Assembly: GCA_034226945.1 (NCBI GenBank)
Contig: CP120456.1
Coordinates: 248,001 to 312,000 of the forward strand
Source of the DNA: Picochlorum sp. SENEW3
Taxonomy: Eukaryota
DNA: 64,000 nucleotides
Reading direction: 5' to 3'
Positions 11,533 to 22,519 of this stretch are shown piece after piece. Each line of letters opens with the position of its first letter. Positions within the stretch are counted from its first letter, which is position 1. The notes beneath the pieces are model-generated. The model was given only the letters and a program-made list of their open reading frames with translations. It made no database searches and was not told where the DNA came from. The translations under genes and the position numbers were made by a program.

Positions 11533-12846
11533 TTAATCCTCCATGGCATCGCACACGGCCACAATGTTTGGAAAGTCTGGGTATGACTGAGCAAACATGA
11601 CACACTTTTGCAGAACAGTAAATGTGATCCCCACATCTCTCATGAATCGCAACATGTATTCAAGTTGCATATCAGCAGCAATTTTCTCGACAAACGCTCC
11701 AGAAGCATCGAAATACGACATATACTGCTGAGCAATATCATACATGCCACTACTACCGGCACTAGAATCATCATTCAGGTTTGGTTCAAATTTATCCTCC
11801 AATTGCCAATAATGCCGTGATACGTTTCTCAAACGATCTGCTTGTTGCTGCAAGAATTCTCGTCTTAATTCTCGTATCTTATATCGCTGTTCTTCGCTCA
11901 CATTCATGTCTTTCAATATATCGATGGTTTTCTGTTTCTGCTCTGCAAATTGGCTCTCTGTGACCTGTGGTAAGAGCTCAACGCAGAGTTTTGGGTGATG
12001 CTGCAATGCAATATTCACCACAACTAAATATTCCTCATATACTGGTAGCAAACGGGCCAAAGCAGCCTTCCTTGCTGGATCATATTCAGGCGTGTTGTCC
12101 TTGCACACAACACTCATAGGAAGATTGACAGCATCAAACACTCTGAGAATGTTCTTGGCAAGTTCCTTTGTGAATTTCATCAAATCTCCAGGTTTGAAAT
12201 CCTGAAATATGGCTGAACTTTCCTCTGTCTTTGGCATTGACTTGATCGCTACTCTCATCGCATCCAAGGCTTTTTCTACCTGGAGAAGATCCAAGTCTGA
12301 AGGATTTCCTGTCGACTCGAGAAGCTCTTGCCTCGCGAGCGCAGCATCCTTGACTTTGACAGCAATTTCTTTCACGCTCTTGATCATACCACCCACGCAT
12401 ATAGATGAACTGTCTTCTAATGGCGTATCAGCGTCATCAATGGTCCGGCTTGACGCCATGGTGCCAAGAACAGTGTCCCTGCTCCGTCTCGACGAGAAGG
12501 ATGATGAACGATTGGTCTCCAAGGCCTCCACCGCATCCCCTTTGAATTTTAAAATATTTTCCAATAACTGAAGTCGTAGTTTACGTGCATAATATTCTGA
12601 TTGTTCTTGACGAAGCTGCTCAACGGCTTGCTTGAGTTTCTTTTCCGTTTCCAAACGGAGTTGTTTCTTCTTCTCTCGGTATCGTTTCTGAATCACCTTG
12701 TTCTTCTCTCTCTTCTCTTCTTCAGAAACACGTTTTGGTGGTCCTCGTTTTCTAATGGCGAATGAGTCTTCGTCTGGGCTCACTCCTTGAGCAGCAGCAG
12801 ATTGTGCCAAGTCACTCTGCAGTCCACCGTCAGGATACTCCTCCAT
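11533..12846 (-). CDS. bZIP-like transcription factor
   Basis: Basic region KREKNKVIQKRYREKKK followed by a heptad coiled coil. Confidence 0.7.
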   Translation of the reverse strand: MEEYPDGGLQSDLAQSAAAQGVSPDEDSFAIRKRGPPKRVSEEEKREKNKVIQKRYREKKKQLRLETEKKLKQAVEQLRQEQSEYYARKLRLQLLENILKFKGDAVEALETNRSSSFSSRRSRDTVLGTMASSRTIDDADTPLEDSSSICVGGMIKSVKEIAVKVKDAALARQELLESTGNPSDLDLLQVEKALDAMRVAIKSMPKTEESSAIFQDFKPGDLMKFTKELAKNILRVFDAVNLPMSVVCKDNTPEYDPARKAALARLLPVYEEYLVVVNIALQHHPKLCVELLPQVTESQFAEQKQKTIDILKDMNVSEEQRYKIRELRREFLQQQADRLRNVSRHYWQLEDKFEPNLNDDSSAGSSGMYDIAQQYMSYFDASGAFVEKIAADMQLEYMLRFMRDVGITFTVLQKCVMFAQSYPDFPNIVAVCDAMED

Positions 12847-13191
12847 ATCTACCCCATGAATTCAGGAAAAAAGCAAAGTAGTTTTGTTTCTTCAATGCAT
12901 GCAAATTGAAGATATACAACTGGCATGGATTGCATTTGTCTAGGTAGATTTTGATATTCTGCTCCGCGGTAGTACCATACATGGTATGGGCATGCGGTTC
13001 ATCGCCGGCCTCGGTCACTGGCCAGTGCCAATGGGAAGTAAACTATGCCTCATGATGGCGCACGCCTCTCGCGTGTAACTTGGCTTAATTAGAACATTAA
13101 ACACAGTGTTTTTGAAGAGCGCGACTATGCAGGCAACAAAAGTCATGAAGAGACTGCATTGTGAATGTAAAACGTCTCGATCGTCGATTGA

Positions 13192-14457
13192 ATGATGGAG
13201 AAGCATGTAGTACGGTCTCTCCGACATGGAGACTACCACGTGACCATGCAGCCGCGCGATTCTGCAAGGTCACGTGCCCATGCGATCCGACAGTATGGAA
13301 AACATACAAAAACATGTGCTCAGAAGAACGACATTGAGGCATTGGCTGGGGGACAGCCGACAGCGTGGGACCCTGAAGGTTTGCTAGGGGACGTGACGGG
13401 TGATACCAACCATCTTGCAAAAACCAAGAGGGCATTCGCAGAGGTACCGACTGTGGCACCAGAAGAGCGTGGATTTGGGGCGCAAGTGGAGGCTGCGTTC
13501 TTGGACGTTTTTGCAGGAGTGAATGCATCACCAAGAGTGCTGGATAGCTTTCAGCGGCTCTGCAGAGGAGAAGAATATGTTCATCTTTGGCCTGGCAAAG
13601 GAGTTCAGCGGGCTGGGAGTTTTATGGAGGGGTTGACAGCTGAGCCGTTCCATGATATCGGGGAGAAGGGGTATGAGTGGTTGAAGGATGTGGAAAATCA
13701 TGCTGATGTGATTCGGAAAGAGTTTCAAGCAGCCATGAAAGATCCCGGGTCCATGCTGGTTGTTGGCAATAGAGTATGGGCAAAAGCGGCAAGAGATGAA
13801 GCAGTATCGTATGGTCCAAATTGGAGGACTCTTGTTTTGCAAGACAGGGGTGTGTGGGATGAATCAAACATCAAATTGTTCCCCAAAACACACAAATTAC
13901 TTTTGGATATTCAAGGTATGGATGGCTTGGATATTATTTTACTCGTGGATTCTACGAACTATTACCATATATTTCTTTCTGCAGCGCCAACATTGGAAGT
14001 CTTTTTCGCAAGGCAGGATGGAAAGACTGGGATCAAATCTCACACAGATAATGCAAACTTTATCCAAACAACCCATCTTGGTATTGATGTTCCAGAAGGA
14101 GAATGCTGGATTAAAGTCGGTGAGCATACACGCGAATGGATGAATGGTAAAATTATCATATGCGATACGAGTTTCATGCATGAGACGGAGAATGCGTCAG
14201 AGAATGACAGATATGTTCTCATCATGAGGCATTGGCATCCAGAGGTGACGGCGATTGAAAAGATTGCCAACGAATTTCTGTTCGCCGCATTAGACAATGG
14301 AACGGACACTGGTCTTGTCGCTGCTCAGAAGCATGCATTGCGAAAGATCAAAGGGCTCAGATCAGCCAGTTCTAGCGCGGCGTCGAATGGAGGTGGTGGT
14401 GGATTTGGTGGTGGCAGTTTGAAGAAAAAGCCAGGACAGAAGAAGAGAAGAAAGTAG
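13192..14457 (+). CDS. Aspartyl/asparaginyl beta-hydroxylase-domain (2OG-Fe) protein
   Basis: IKSHTD (HxD), HLGIDVP, DTSFMHE and DRYVLI..WHP motifs; contains an in-frame 69-nt intron at 13916-13984. Confidence 0.85.
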   Translation: MMEKHVVRSLRHGDYHVTMQPRDSARSRAHAIRQYGKHTKTCAQKNDIEALAGGQPTAWDPEGLLGDVTGDTNHLAKTKRAFAEVPTVAPEERGFGAQVEAAFLDVFAGVNASPRVLDSFQRLCRGEEYVHLWPGKGVQRAGSFMEGLTAEPFHDIGEKGYEWLKDVENHADVIRKEFQAAMKDPGSMLVVGNRVWAKAARDEAVSYGPNWRTLVLQDRGVWDESNIKLFPKTHKLLLDIQGMDGLDIILLVDSTNYYHIFLSAAPTLEVFFARQDGKTGIKSHTDNANFIQTTHLGIDVPEGECWIKVGEHTREWMNGKIIICDTSFMHETENASENDRYVLIMRHWHPEVTAIEKIANEFLFAALDNGTDTGLVAAQKHALRKIKGLRSASSSAASNGGGGGFGGGSLKKKPGQKKRRK

Positions 14458-14530
14458 TAGCATTATCCACATTCCTGTAATTTAATATATTTATTTTTTG
14501 AATTTTTATATCCAGCTGAGGATACGTGAG

Positions 14531-15067
14531 ATGATGTTGCCTGGGCAGGATGTTCAAATCGTACGAGTACAAACGCCTTCTCAGCTGGATGCGTTCAAGC
14601 GTCTTGCGGTTGCATATTTAGATTGGTTGAGTGAAGATTTACATTTCCAGGGAGTCGATGACGAAATGGCCACACTTCCAGGAGTATATGCAGAGGACAA
14701 TAAGGGGGTCATGTTGCTCGCAACCCTTCCTGAAGGAGGGACCAGCGTCGGTACAGCAGCCATTCGACCATTGCAGGGTAAACAGAGAAGCGGAATCGAA
14801 GAAATTAATGGCATTCCGGTGGCTGATATATGCGAATTGAAACGAGTGTTTGTGGACGTTGAGCACCAACGACATGGTATTGGAAAGCGTCTTGTGAAGG
14901 AGGCCATCTCGATAGCGGCGCAGTATGGCTACAAGGCAATGGTACTGGATACACTGGAACGATTAGAAGGAGCAAACCGAATGTATTACGCTCTAGGATT
15001 CGAGAACTGCATAGATTATAGTCATTGCCCACTGGAAGGGCCATTGTATTTTTTCCTCAGACTCTGA
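14531..15067 (+). CDS. GNAT acetyltransferase
   Basis: CELKRVFV..QRHGIGKRL acetyl-CoA motif A, LDTL...ANRMYYALGF. Confidence 0.88.
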   Translation: MMLPGQDVQIVRVQTPSQLDAFKRLAVAYLDWLSEDLHFQGVDDEMATLPGVYAEDNKGVMLLATLPEGGTSVGTAAIRPLQGKQRSGIEEINGIPVADICELKRVFVDVEHQRHGIGKRLVKEAISIAAQYGYKAMVLDTLERLEGANRMYYALGFENCIDYSHCPLEGPLYFFLRL

Positions 15068-15158
15068 ACATCAAGGTACATACGTCATCCATTGTCTGGG
15101 TGTATTGTTTCAAGTAGAGTATGTAGTCATGTACTAGTCAGTCAGTCTAAAAATGCGA

Positions 15159-16120
15159 TTATTTTTTTAGTAAAGATTCCCTGAATGCTCGTAAACTGTC
15201 AGCAGAGGCCTGTTTCACTGATGAATAATGAGACGCAATTTCCTTCTCCACATCTTTTTCTGCACACAACAATATCATCATCTATTATGATTTTCGTCAG
15301 ATTCAATCGCAATAACAATAATACGCACCATGTGCCTCACCCCCCTGAGCTAGGACATCAACCATCTTTGAATCCACCACATCATCCCCTGACACCCCCA
15401 CCAAGGAATGCAATCTTTCTAATTTCTGCTCTACATCAGACCCTTTCTGCACTATATACGCAACATCCTCTTCTAATCGTGTCGTCGACCCCACCACATT
15501 CGGCACAGACTCCAACTCTGCCATCTTCTTCTTCACATCCTCCATCAATGCATCAAGAAAGGCAATCGTCGATCTAATATCCCTAGATTTTTGTTTATCA
15601 TTCGCAATATCCACCTGTAACGCCTTCAGCTCCTCATCCACCCGTTTCTCCTCTTCCTCATCCACCTGCACAGCGTCTTCAGATGCTGTCCCAGCAGAAC
15701 TCGCCAACAACCCAGGAGGCACTTTGAATATCTCCGCCAACGCGTACTCTTCAAACACCTTCATCCTCTTTTTAATTTCCATACGCAAATCCTGGTACAA
15801 CCCAGCCGTTCCCTGAAGAAGAACAGTCAACTGCTCAGGAGTCAGTTCCTCAGCAAGGTCTTGCCGAAGAGCGCCATCTAATTCTTCAAAGCCAGTCGCG
15901 CAGTGCAGCTCCACCTGCAATATGTATATATACATATTGAACAAATAATCACCATACTATCGATAAAATAGGAGAAGAACAGGAGTTCAAAGTCGTTGTC
16001 ATTCCAACCAACAGTCCAACGCACCGCATTGTACACATCGTCCACAAAGGCTGTCGGATCAACATTAAGATTTATTTCAGGCGTATTGGATGTGCCATCA
16101 TCACCATTCCCCTCCGCCAT
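15159..16120 (-). CDS. MIS12: Kinetochore protein Mis12, 3 exons
   Basis: PTAFVDDVYNA-V and FEEYALAEIFKVP motifs plus coiled coil; intron 16024-15915 and a second intron near 15328-15261 giving a stop at 15159. Confidence 0.75.
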
Positions 16121-16325
16121 GGTGATTTCAGAGTCAACCACAACAGGTCGCACGTTGTTTCTCCCTACAGAACCAACCCTTGACCTTTATATTGGAAGAT
16201 GCGCCAATGATAAGACACGGAAAGATTGTTGTAATTCAAACTACCCGTCGTGTGGTTGGAATTCAGGCCATATGGCCTGATTCGTGTTGACTGTTGTGAC
16301 CATGACTGATCGACTGCATGTATCC

Positions 16326-16343
16326 CACTTACAGAAAGGATGG
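16326..16343 (+). repeat. Left terminal inverted repeat
   Basis: CACTTACAGAAAGGATGG; imperfect similarity to the right end continues about 12 bp further. Confidence 0.93.
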
Positions 16344-17242
16344 CAGTCCCCTTGATTTTGGGTCGCTGATTTCGTCGCGCACAGGGCGTTATATATTCCC
16401 GCTCGTATATATTATTGATCAGTATTACAAATAGAGTATCTCGTGAAAATTTGACGCCAAATGGTTCGCGCAATCGGGAGTTCGCCTCTCGGAGGGATGT
16501 GCAGATGCGCTTGAAACTGAGCGTCTAAAAGGTGTGCTCTCGGCGCAACAACGCCGTTCCCAGGACACAATATCAACTTTTAAGTATAAATGCAACTTTT
16601 TAGAGCGGTGGGGATGTATGAAACGGTCGCAGTACGGAGGATCGAGTCTTGATCATTTGGGTCTCTTTAAGTGCCTGCAGCGGATTTGCCCCAAATTTTC
16701 GCAGCCGGATTGTATTTAATATATCTAATTACGACAGATCGTTGCTCGCCCCCTCCGGGGCTGCTCGATTTTTTAATTCTTTTTTACACGATACTTTACA
16801 ATTCGATTGATTCATTGCTTTTCCACCAATGATCACCCCTTGTTGTGCCACTGTAGGCACTGGGGCGACCATTGGGGAAAAACCGTTAACCGTCTGTTGC
16901 CAGACGGCGAGTCCTCTCCATGCCACGTCTATTCACACCTGCACCACACATACTTGTCAGTTCTTACCTTTATTAATTGTTTGGCGACGTGATTGGAGGG
17001 ACTCTATACCTGCAGGCACATATACAAGGGTGGTCGTTAGTGATGGAAGGTCGTTGGTCACGCTGCGAGCGAGCCGCTCTGCTACGAATTTGGAACTTAC
17101 ATGAGAGTAAATTGTTCATTTATTGATATTGTATCATTCTGAGGCTGTATGGGCAGTGCTAAATATTTGCTTGGAAAAAACTATACCCGTCCAACCCAAC
17201 CGCCCGGCTCACTTGTGCATCTCCAGGGTGCCATGATGTGGG

Positions 17243-18464
17243 TCAATTCTCTTTGTCTTGTGCATCCTCGAGAGGCCTCCGTCGCCTGGATGTCCCTGTG
17301 ATGTATGTTTTAGCGTATTCGTTGCCGTAATCCTGCGTTCGTCGCTGCTTCACACCACGCTTTGCCCCTGGACGTCTGCTCTTCAGTTGCTCCACCTCCT
17401 TCTGGAGTTCGGCCATCTGTTTCTTGAGGATATCCCTTTCTGTCTTCGCATCCTCGTATAATTTGTCTTTCTTTTCCATTGATCGCTTTAGCTCATTGTA
17501 CTTTTCCTGGACATGTTTGACACTGTCCAGTGCTTGCTTGTGTATTTGTTCAGACATGAGAGCTTTAGCCTTCCCGTCGAATTCAGGATGTTCTTCTTTG
17601 ACTTTGTGCAGATCGTCGACGATGAGCGAATTTATCTCATTTCCAGAATTTTTCGTGGCCCCTGTAAAGATGAAGGAATACTTGTCCCGAGAATACCATG
17701 CAGGAGCTTTTGTAACACGAAGGGTCTCAGATGCTGCAAGTTCTCTTGGGTGGAAAACCTCTTGTCGCCTTCTGCCGCATGGTTCAGTCCATCTAGATAC
17801 TCTCCAATGCAATCGATAAGATATCTCCCAAATTGAAGGTACCAGTGACGATCTGCATCCATGTTTTTTCGGACACCGTCTCTGACATGTCTGTTGTGAT
17901 TATTCCGGTGATTTGGCTTCAGGTATGCCATGAGTTTATCCCCTGTGTATGATGCCGAAACCTTGGCCAGTTCTCCACATTCTAGCATGACTTTTTCTTT
18001 GCATACTTCAAAAGGAGTTCATGCGCTATGGGCATGCCTTTTTTCTGTGGCATGTATGCTTGGCATTGTTCAAAGTCACCATTGACAGGAGCCCTGGCCC
18101 AGTACTTCATGCAGGCCTCGCGGGCGTGCTTCTGTATATGCTTGTCCTCAACAAACAGAGACTCCGAGTTGTCATCGATTGAAATCTCGCTACTCTCGTC
18201 AATATCTACGGGAGAAGAGTTGGCAACTTCACCAGGAGGGTCTGCCTCGCACCAGTGTAAAAGATGTGTGACGTCGGGTTTCAGACAATGTGGGCTAACT
18301 CGTACTCCAAAATGCTCTATAATGATATCATTTCTAATGCCCTCTCGCTCTCTGAATGCAGTTGTCTGCTCATAGAGTTCATCGTCAGTCAACCCTGCTT
18401 CGGTGGCCTGGAGTTCCAAGCACGGCCCTTCCCCGGATTTATGCTTTATTCGTACTCTAGGCAT
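17243..18464 (-). pseudogene. Transposon accessory gene (about 407 aa if two -1 breaks are repaired), C-terminal coiled coil
   Basis: Three overlapping ORFs (18521-17982, 17988-17632, 17812-17243), each offset by -1; first ATG at 18464 (MPRVRIKH); lies inside the TIRs. Confidence 0.6.
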
Positions 18465-18664
18465 AAGTTTTCGAACACAATGTGCATTATACGACTGCAA
18501 AGACTGACTGTCAGCGTGCAATTGATAGACAATTGAAAGTCAGATTTTGAATTTCAAATTTTTGGCTTGCGAACAATTGCGACGGACGAGGGGCTCATAT
18601 GCTCTAAATTTTACTCTCACGATTACAAATCGTAATATAGTATATACATTTATGATATACCACA

Positions 18665-21600
18665 ATGGACGGTGTTGAAACGCAACGAAACCCCGAGCAA
18701 GGATCTCAAAGGTCAAAACGGAGGAGGGTAGCACGCAAGAAAATAACAGAGCTATGGAATGACTTTTACCAAGCGTGTCTTCGTCTCAAAGCCCCATATG
18801 GACCCATGGTAGACTCGTTGCATGCAGAAAGCGAGCAGAGACATTGCAGGGTATACTGTCCATACGGGGAGACGTGTGGATATTCTGGGAAGCCACTGTG
18901 CTTCGAAAATATGCTGTTCATGGACGTCACCGGAGATGTAGACAGGAGAAAAGTGCTTGATCACGTGCGTAACAAACATCCACATATTGCAGCGAGGTTT
19001 GGTGTGGAGAAGAAAGGGGAGGGCCACCCAAGGAGTCTTGAAGATGATGCCATAGTCCAACTAGATCCACATGTGTCCACTACTCTCCTCCCTTATGACC
19101 GAGACGAAGTTCTAACCATTCGCTCCTGTGAAGATTCTGATGAAGCAGTGGAATCATCCGATGAGGGCAGCGTGTGCACCGAGGTGAGGAGACACATGTC
19201 ATGCTTCCTGATTCTGGTTCTTGTTGTTCTGAAGAGTGAAAGCTATCTTCCTGCAGGACCTTGAGGACAGCGACGCTTCGAGTGATGAGCATGAGCCAAA
19301 TGTTGAGAATGCACCTGGTGAACGCTTTCGGTGCACTCAGGGGTCGCATTTCCAAACCTTTCTAATGGCAATGTTGGGTAAGGAACGTGGTGATGGGCTG
19401 GATCAGCCACAAGAAGATGAAGACGAGGAAGACGAGGCACCCTGCACTTTGCTTCAGCTCACATCTGCGCTCCTCGAAATAGAACTAAAGCATGCTGTAT
19501 CAAAAGAGCTCATGCAGGATATCTTGAGCGTAGTTCGGATGGGGAGGAGCAACCGTGACAGGATGATCATTCCACCATCCATCCACCTTCTGAGGAAGGC
19601 CATGGATGTTCCAGACCTTCAGGCTGTCGAATACCATAAGTGTCCCTGCGGATACATCTACAATAATGTCGTCCCGTTCAAAGATAGGGACATGGGTGAA
19701 GAATGTGGAGCAGGGTGTGGTAGGAAGAGGTTCACGGCAGACAGGGGTGGGAGCCCAAGACCCATGCAGCACTTTTATTACTTTGGGGTCCGAGACTGTA
19801 TGCAGAGTCTGTTCGCTTCGCGCAAATTTCGAGAATCAAGAAACAGAAGCATCGAAAGCGGTCGCGCAGGAAACACGGTGTACACATCCGAGTGGTTCAA
19901 ATGGATCAAGGAGAGGGAAAGCACAGCAGGCGGCGACACGACTAGTATCTGGTCGATCGGCGTGGATGGATCCCAGCCTTTTGGAAGGAAAGCACATTCT
20001 TGTACTCTGATTGTATTAAAGTGTGAAGATATGGTCCCTGAAGGCCGATATCTCAGCTGCAACACCAGATTATTGGGAATTATCCCAGGCCCAAAAGAAC
20101 CCAAAAACCTCAACCCCTTCTTATGTTTTATTGGTGAAGAGTTTGAGCGCCTCCGCTCATCTCCTATGGAATATCAATATGATGGAGTGGACGAAGATGG
20201 TCATGTGGTGAGACATTCTGGAGTTCATCGACCCATACTGGGATTCATTCATGCAGATGCTAAGGCCAGAGAAAAATCCACATGTGTGCTCCGGGGAACG
20301 CCATCAAAGGGTGCTACTTTTGCTGGCAGCGGGCCTCAGAAGCCATAACTAGCAGAAACGGCAAATCATACAAGAGAAGACTACTCACAGGCTACGAGGA
20401 GGAGGATCCTGTCACACATATCAATGGAATCACCAAGGAAGAGTTCCAGTTGTCCCGCTGTGACGATGATGCAATTCAGCAGCAGTCCGTGATTGGACAC
20501 GCTGACCTGGAAGATATATTGAATATTATGAAAACTGTGATGCCCCATGGCATATACGACGGATCGAGCACGCAAGAATGGCAGGATCGGCTTGGGATTC
20601 ATGACTATGCAAAAGTGTTTCATGCCGTGCCTACGTTGCACGTCAAGCACGGGATACCAGCTCCTCTATACCATCTGATTCTCTTAGGCATAACGAAAAA
20701 CTTTATCAAATACTTGTGGGATGGCCACGGCAACAAGAAAACCAGTGATCCCGATAGCAGGAGTATGAGAGTCTACAGCAAGAAGACCGTCAAGAAATTG
20801 GAGAGAGGAATTACTCTGAACAACTCGTTCAATCGTCCATACTCGCCATTAGAGCACTGCTACTCTTGGATTTGCGAAGAAGTCAAAGTTTTTGTAGAAG
20901 TACATTCATGTGCCCTGTTCAACGAGGAGGTGACCGGTGTTTCTGTGCTCACACCCAAGGCCATGGAAGCTTGGGCACATTTGAGGCAGTTTGTCATGCA
21001 TCACCTGAGCCACGCTGAAGCCGCCCGGCTCGAGCCATCTCAAGCCCTCTGGCATCTACACCAGTTCTCAAGGATATGTCAGGAAGAGAAGGCATACGAA
21101 TTGCTGACGCCCAACCTCCATACAGCCAACTGCCTCCTGCATCACCAGGAGGCCTTCGTGGGCCCACTGCACCAGTTGTCAGAGCTGTGGGTTGAACGGG
21201 CTATGCGGGCCGTCTCCTCGACGAGTTGTATTAATACGCCTGAGGCAACATTAGCAAAACGGTATCTTATCAGATCGGCATTGGAGAAAGCCAAGCACAA
21301 GATTGGGTCAGCCGACCAGAGTGCCATCCCAGTGTATGCCCCGAAGCAACACCGAAAGGCTGCGGGCACCATGTACGACGCCCATCCAAGCACCACGTAT
21401 GCTCTTCAAGGGAAAGGAGTAGAGCGGAGTACGACGAAATGCATCGAGCTAGAGATGCATCGAAGCAGCAGAGGGATAAGCTGAGGGAGTCCATCGAGAA
21501 GAAGAAGTTGAACCTCATCAGAGAGTTTCACACAAAGCACCAGGACGAGAGACCGAGGGAGCCGCAGAGAGATATCAAATTGTACAGTCATTTTTCTTGC

Positions 21601-22080
21601 AACGTCTTGGTAGATGGCAAAGGCTGTTGTGTGAAAACATTCTATGACAGGCGTGATACGAAGAGGCGGTCACACTTTGTCTTGCTGAGGGACAAGGATT
21701 CTGAGGCTCACCATGTTGGGGTGGTGTATGAATTTGTCCGCGTATTCAGTCCCCGGAATCCAGATGAAGTGGAACGATACGCGATTTGCGGGATATATGA
21801 GACAGAAAAAATGGATTACCATGGAACCACTGTGTACATGGTGAAGGAGTTCACAGGAGAGAGGCTGTGGAGGCATGACGAACGTGTGTTCAGCGTGCCG
21901 ATCGACGATATCGTCTGCCAAGTTTCTAGTTTTCAAATGTCAAAAGATGGTTGGGAGGGAGAATGGCCCCACTACAAGCTTGTGGAGGACGGCCACAAGA
22001 AAGAAATGGACAAAATGCTTGCCTTCTTCCCAACCCGAGGTTCCACCTTCGCAGCAGCGGACAGTATCGATATCGAATGA
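18665..22080 (+). pseudogene. Tnp2/Transposase_21-type DDE transposase (about 1,114 aa reconstructed; one intron, two -1 breaks)
   Basis: Phase-0 intron 19184-19256 joins exon 1 to the core; motifs YHKCPC..CGAGC, SIGVDGSQPF (D 19965), GIIPGPKEPKNLNPFL, HAD (D 20256), GCYFC, YHLILLG, PNLH, GPL..ELWVER (E 21194). Confidence 0.88.
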
Positions 22081-22379
22081 CAATAAACGTGTAAAGTATA
22101 AAAATTATCCAGGTAACAGCAGTGAATTGAGGCTACTGTGGAAGATCTGGTGCCTTGTGATCGACACCAAAAGTTCCTTAATTAGTACCATGGGCGGTCG
22201 ACCTGACTTCTCAAAATTTTCACACAAGCCATTTTACACAGGGCCCCATAACTTTTCGAATATCGCACCAAATTTCCCCATTTTTGTTTCAATAGACATA
22301 TTTTCTTACCCTCGTTTCGATGGCGTCGTCGAAATAATAAAATACGCCCCTCAGGAAAATTTGGGATTTAAGGAGGCCA

Positions 22380-22397
22380 CCATCCTTTCTGTAAGTG
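22380..22397 (-). repeat. Right terminal inverted repeat
   Basis: CCATCCTTTCTGTAAGTG is the exact reverse complement of 16326-16343. Confidence 0.93.
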
Positions 22398-22519
22398 TCC
22401 GGTCAACGGATATCTTTGATGGGCGTATCACAATGTATGTTTTATGTGGCATGATAAGGAGATATAGCAGGGCATCGTGACTATTCGGTGTGATAAAAAC
22501 AAGATAAAAATATATTGAA

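Larger units (their letters stand above)
16326..22397. mobile_element. Full-length CACTA/EnSpm (CMC superfamily) DNA transposon, 6,072 bp
   Basis: Perfect 18-bp TIR CACTTACAGAAAGGATGG (16326-16343 and its reverse complement 22380-22397), 3-bp TSD TCC (16323-16325 and 22398-22400), internal Tnp2-type transposase. Confidence 0.93.

Noticed and set aside
16534..17104. Short ORFs in the left part of the transposon as cargo genes
   Set aside because: They are 61-91 aa, overlap on both strands and lack motifs; more likely UTR or subterminal sequence.
17943..18006. GTATGC...CAG intron as an explanation of the first accessory-gene frame break
   Set aside because: Its 64-nt length gives the wrong phase change; the nearer AG options are also out of phase or too short.
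21410..21416. GGGAAAG as a canonical -1 slippery heptamer in the transposase
   Set aside because: It is in the wrong phase: the upstream ORF reads GGG AAA, not G GGA AAG.
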